A stretch of DNA of 64,000 bases, taken from contig OZ024751.1 in the NCBI GenBank assembly GCA_964016885.1, positions 39,432,001-39,496,000 on the forward strand, given 5' to 3'. Positions 58,845-64,000 of the stretch are shown here, piece by piece; the stretch's first letter is position 1; each line of letters opens with the position of its first letter. The DNA is from Eledone cirrhosa (lineage: Eukaryota). The notes beneath the pieces are model-generated. The model made no database searches and had not been told where the DNA came from. It saw only the letters and a list, made by a program, of their open reading frames with translations. The translations under genes were made by a program, and so were the position numbers.

Positions 58845-59518
58845 TTATCATCATATTATCAGGGAAGCAGAAAAGTCCCAGTAATATGTTAGTAGTTCCA
58901 ACAACATAGTTTATATGAAAGATAAGTGGTTACAAGTGTCTTAGAGGATATCTTTGATTAAGACTGATCAAAGATTTGTACCTGAAAACTTCTTCCCCAA
59001 GGCACAAGGCTGTGCAAGGTATTATTGTGGAAGACCAGTAGCTTCCTATGTGTTAGTCTCTTCTCTCCATGCCACCAGTGTTGGCCAAGAGAAAGACATA
59101 AGGTAATATAGTCTGGCACCAGCCTTGCCACAACTCATTTTTGCCAGCTGAGTCGATTGGAGTACCATCATCATCATCATTATCATCATCATTGTTTTTA
59201 TGTCCGCAATGTAAAATAAAGTGCTTTGGTCAAAATGTTGGGAGATGTGGTGGGAGGTGTATGCGTGTATGTGTTGAGAGAAATAGAGAGATGCTTAGAA
59301 ATAGAAATGCCTAATTAATGTAGAAACTGTGAGTTCTAATTTAGGCACAAGGCCTAAGATCTGTGGGGGAGTAAAAATTCATTTATATCGACCACATGAT
59401 ATGAAAGGCACGTAGTTACTAGTGCCTATAGGATTACAGACAGTTACAGTAGACATACTACATTACAGATGGTATGAAGAAGATAGCAAGTGACTAATGT
59501 TTATATTGTATTACTTAC

Positions 59519-59612
59519 AGTTACAGTAGAAACAATGTCAGATCCACTCTGGGTATAGAGTGCAGTACGGAACTGTTGTATCCTCAAAGAAGATGTGTAG
59601 TTTACCCAAATC
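59519..59612 (-). CDS. COG1: COG1 internal exon B (94 bp; Q-IWVNYTSSLRIQQFRTALYTQSGSDIVSTVT)
   Basis: Acceptor ttctattttcctccag, donor |gtaagt; only one frame open, phase 2 in and phase 0 out, matching both neighbours; resembles recalled vertebrate COG1 YQVW...F...L....GSVLATAT. Confidence 0.85.
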
Positions 59613-60059
59613 CTGGAGGAAAATAGAAATATCATATTAATCATCATCCTCATCAACCTCCTCCTCCTCCTACCCCTCCTCCCCCTCCTCTTACATCTTT
59701 CTTCCATGCTGACATTTGTTGGGTGGATCATCACAAACTGAAACTAGATATGTCAGAGAAACATGTCTTGCTCAAATGTTTCATATTTACATCGCTTCTA
59801 CAAAAGGATACCCTTCCTAATACAAACAATTTTCCAGAGAGTACTGGGTGCATTTTATCATGGTAGCATACCTACCACTTTCATAGCATTTTTGGATGAA
59901 GTTATCATAGCTGGCCTTGTGCCTTAATTAGACATCAATATTCCTCCCAGGGTTTGTTGAGTGTATTGGTGATTAGTGGCAGTAAGAATATAAAGCAATT
60001 GTTTTGTGATCATAATTTTATAGGTTTATGGAAAACACTAATGTCTGAAATAACGTTAT

Positions 60060-61320
60060 AGGGGCACTAGTGAATAAAGTATTATTTGAAATGGGTAATC
60101 AGGGGCACTACTGAATAAGGTGATATTTGAAATGGGTAATCAGGGCCACTACTGAATAAGGTGATATTTGAAATGGGTAATCAGGGCCACTACTGAATAA
60201 GTTAATATTTGAAATGGGTAATCAGGGCCACTACTGAATAAGGTGATATTTGAAATGGGTAATCAAGGCCACTACTGAATAAGGTGATATTTGAAATGGG
60301 TAATCAGGGCCACTACTGAATAAGGTGATATTTGAAATGGGTAATCAGGGCCACTACTGAATAAGGTAATATTTGAAATGGGTAATCAGGGCCACTACTG
60401 AATAAGGTGATATTTGAAATGGGTAATCAAGGCCACTACTGAATAAGGTGATATTTGAAATGGGTAATCAGGGCCACTACTGAATAAGGTGATATTTGAA
60501 ATGGGTAATCAGGGCCACTACTGAATAAGGTGATATTTGAAATGGGTAATCAGGGCCACTACTGAATAAGGTGATATTTGAAATGGGTAATCAGGGCCAC
60601 TACTGAATAAGGTGATATTTGAAATGGGTAATCAGGGCCACTACTGAATAAGGTGATATTTGAAATGGGTAATCAGGGCCACTACTGAATAAGGTGATAT
60701 TTGAAATGGGTAATCAGGGCCACTACTGAATAAGGTGATATTTGAAATGGGTAATCAGGGCCACTACTGAATAAGGTAATATTTGAAATGGGTAATCAGG
60801 GCCACTACTGAATAAGGTGATATTTGAAATGGGTAATCAAGGCCACTACTGAATAAGGTGATATTTGAAATGGGTAATCAGGGCCACTACTGAATAAGGT
60901 GATATTTGAAATGGGTAATCAGGGCCACTACTGAATAAGGTGATATTTGAAATTGGTAGTCAGGGCCACTACTGAATAAGGTGATATTTGAAATGGGTAA
61001 TCAGGGCCACTACTGAATAAGGTGATATTTGAAATGGGTAATCAGGGCCACTACTGAATAAGGTAATATTTGAAATGGGTAATCAGGGCCACTACTGAAT
61101 AAGGTGATATTTGAAATTGGTAGTCAGGGCCACTACTGAATAAGGTGATATTTGAAATGGGTAAATAGGGCCACTAGTGAATAAGGTGATATTTGAAATG
61201 GGTAATCAAGGCCACTACTGAATAAGGTGATATTTGAAATGGGTAAATAGGGCCACTAGTGAATAAGGTGATATTTGAAATGGGTAATCAGGGCCACTAC
61301 TGAATAAGGTGATATTTGAC
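60060..61320. repeat. 41-bp minisatellite (cagggccactactgaataaggtgatatttgaaatgggtaat), about 30 units
   Basis: Head-to-tail units without spacers; period 41. Confidence 0.97.
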
Positions 61321-61398
61321 ATAGGTTTATAGGGAGATTATAGAACTGGTTAATATATAGAGATGAAGAGATGTCAAAGAAACGTTTCAGTTACTTAC

Positions 61399-61491
61399 TG
61401 GCATGATTCCAAGTGTCGCTCCGATAACATGGATTGAATGTTTTCCCAGTCATTGTCAACTGGTATTGTTTTTGTTTTCAATGTGTGTAAC
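61399..61491 (-). CDS. COG1: COG1 internal exon A (93 bp; xLHTLKTKTIPVDNDWENIQSMLSERHLESC-Q)
   Basis: Acceptor ctctctcattaaaaacag, donor CA|gtaagt; open frame; ends in phase 2 and joins the next exon to make CAG (Gln). W-x-x-I-x-x-x-L pattern fits the COG1 segment preceding the next exon as recalled from vertebrate COG1. Confidence 0.8.
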
Positions 61492-61831
61492 CTGTTTTTA
61501 ATGAGAGAGAAAGAGAGAGTAAAAACAAAGGGATATATAGAGATAGTGAGAGAGATGAGATATAGTGGGTAGAAGATTCTATTGAAGGCCTGACAAAAAT
61601 ATAACATCATTTACAAGTAACACTTATTTTCCCATATATATATACATATATGTATATATATGTATATATATGGAAAACATGGGCGGAGGTGGAGAAAGCT
61701 GACCTCCGATTGCTGAAGCTCACTGAGGAGATGACAAAGGACCATGACAAATTGAGAGATGATGTGCTGAAGAGGACCCATGCCACTATTGCAAGCTGGG
61801 AGAAGCGAACATAAAATGATGATGATGATAC

Positions 61832-61883
<52 letters not shown>

Positions 61884-62061
61884 TTATTTATATATATATA
61901 TATACATTTATCTATATATATATATACATTTATTTATATTTATTTATATATATATATATATATATACATTTATTTATATATATATATATATATACATTTA
62001 TTTATATATATATTTATATATATATACATTTATTTATATATATATATTTATATATATATAC

Positions 62062-62205
<144 letters not shown>

Positions 62206-62277
62206 TTATATATATATATATATATACATTTATATATATATATATATATATATACATTTATATATATATATATATAC

Positions 62278-62308
<31 letters not shown>

Positions 62309-62853
62309 CAAACACACATGCATGTATGTATATATATATCAAGTAGGAATCATAAAATGCAATCAATAAATTAAAATGGAGTAAAGTTTCTGTGGAAGCC
62401 ACCAAGAACGGTTCCAAGTGAAGTACTGGCTAGTGACCAACATTTTCGCCACAAAGGAGATCTTAGGTGGAACATAGTTGACCCTAGAGGTCAGTGGTGT
62501 GAGAGATTAAGTAGAAGAACCATAATAAAACTGTAGGAAAATCACTGATTCGGAGAATAACTAAATTGAGCCGGTTATTGATATGAGTATTTACATGAAT
62601 TTAATAGTAGGAAGACAACGGAAATATTTCGTGAGAGATAGAGGGGTGAGGTGAGAGAGAAACGGGGGCGCTGTGAGATATGTAGAGAGTGAGTGGAATG
62701 GACAAAAGGAAGGATAGATAGAAGGGGAGTGAGAGAAATGGAATCAAAACTGATTGCTTTCCGACGAGTCTAAGATAGAATAAAAATAGAAAACAAATAT
62801 TATCTTACAAAAATGTGACATGTATATATATATATATATATATACACACACAT

Positions 62854-62893
<40 letters not shown>

Positions 62894-63181
62894 GATGTGT
62901 GTGTGTGTGTGTATACACAGATACGCACATATATATGTATTTATATAGAGGGAGAGTGGGAGGTTTAGTTGTCCAAATTTGAGAAATATAACACAATAGA
63001 TGGGTAGCATGATAAATATTTTATTACGGCTGTGAAGCTATAGCATTGACTTGAGGGACTGGAGTTTCTTGCTTAAGGACACTTATCAAACTGGTTTGAT
63101 AGATTGATAAATGCCCTTAAACACAAAACTTTTGCCTTTCTGGTGCAGCTATTATATATATTGGCAGTTGAACAGTGAATT

Positions 63182-63215
63182 GTTCTGATGAAGGGTGATA
63201 CCCAGAAACATTAGT
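63182..63215 (+). ncRNA. Degenerate minimal hammerhead motif
   Basis: CUGAUGA-A-GGGU-GAU-ACCC-A-GAAA-CAUU; stems I and III poor. Confidence 0.4.
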
Positions 63216-63394
63216 GCCTGCAGTTCTGTTTACATGCCAGTATAAGACCAAGAATGACAGGCTCATTCTACTGACATGACTTTAAAAATGAGGCTGTTTG
63301 CAAAATTGCAAACGAATCGAATATTATTATTAATATTCAAAAAACTTGGCTTACATTTATTGTATTCAGCCATATAGAGCGATAATTTTATATA

Positions 63395-63575
63395 TCATCA
63401 TCATCATCATCTTCGTTTAACGTCCATTTTCCACGCTAGCATGGGTTAGACGGGAGTTGTCCCACTTGAGGCAAGGATGGTCGAGTGACCGTGTCTCGCT
63501 CATATAGGACTGTCTGGCAGGTTTTCTACGGCTGGATCCCCTTCCTAACACCAACCACATTTACAGTGTGGAACT
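63395..63575 (-). mobile_element. RTE-type 3' end fragment with (GAT)n tail (also 20150-20310, 23785-23965, 33025-33128, 34820-35000, 50637-50780)
   Basis: Shares ccgtctaacccatgctagcgtgga..gacgt with the RTE 3' end. Confidence 0.8.
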
Positions 63576-64000
63576 TATATATATATGCAAAAGGCAAACA
63601 GAAATAACAAAGCAAACGACACAGTACAATGAAGCAATATATTATTAGTTTTATGCTTGATATAGTAAGAAAAGAGTGTTAATGTTGTGGACGCTAGTCC
63701 TTTATCATAAAATAGAATGGGAAATTAAAGAAGAAATAGAGAGATTGAGGAGCCACCCAAGCATACCAGTTTTTCCTATCCACAGCACCAATGTTGTCCA
63801 AGCAAAAGGCAAAGGACGATACAGCTTGGCACCAGTGATGTCGCAACACATGAAATGGAATATGAAATAAAGTGCCTGGCTCAAGGACACAACACACTGT
63901 CCAGTCCATAACCTCATGATTGAAAGCCCAATGCTCTAACCACTAAGCACACACACACATACTTGTCTGATGACCCTGTAATAGATAGGTGAAACTCCTG

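Noticed and set aside
60060-61320. CRISPR array or hammerhead-satellite reading of the 41-bp repeat
   Set aside because: No unique spacers and eukaryotic context; CTGAATA lacks the essential G8 and there is no stem I, so not a hammerhead.

Overview
AT-rich, microsatellite-dense eukaryotic DNA whose repeat content looks like a coleoid cephalopod (octopus-like; taxon is inference). The window lies inside a minus-strand gene: four short GT-AG exons (61399-61491, 59519-59612, 29606-29683, 12343-12419) splice in frame into a peptide recognisable as part of COG1 (conserved oligomeric Golgi complex subunit 1). The introns (1.8 kb, 29.8 kb, 17.2 kb, >12 kb) hold two near-identical, mutually inverted RTE-clade LINEs with a PHD finger inside the RT domain, two tRNA-derived SINE families, Tx1-like 3' ends, hAT/mariner/Helitron-type relics and many mini/microsatellites. 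The most notable signal is a set of non-coding fold-back elements, mostly inserted in (TA)n tracts. They belong to several sequence-unrelated families but share one plan: long inverted repeat, type I hammerhead ribozyme (or its 3' half), and a one-sided tail with an ACTC...GAGTGC motif. This fits non-autonomous Penelope-like retroelements. Most intact ribozyme cores lie antisense to COG1, while their mirror copies on the COG1-sense strand are mutated in the core or truncated. Nearly all long ORFs in the supplied track other than the LINE ORFs are simple-repeat artefacts. All homology calls are by eye, without database searches.
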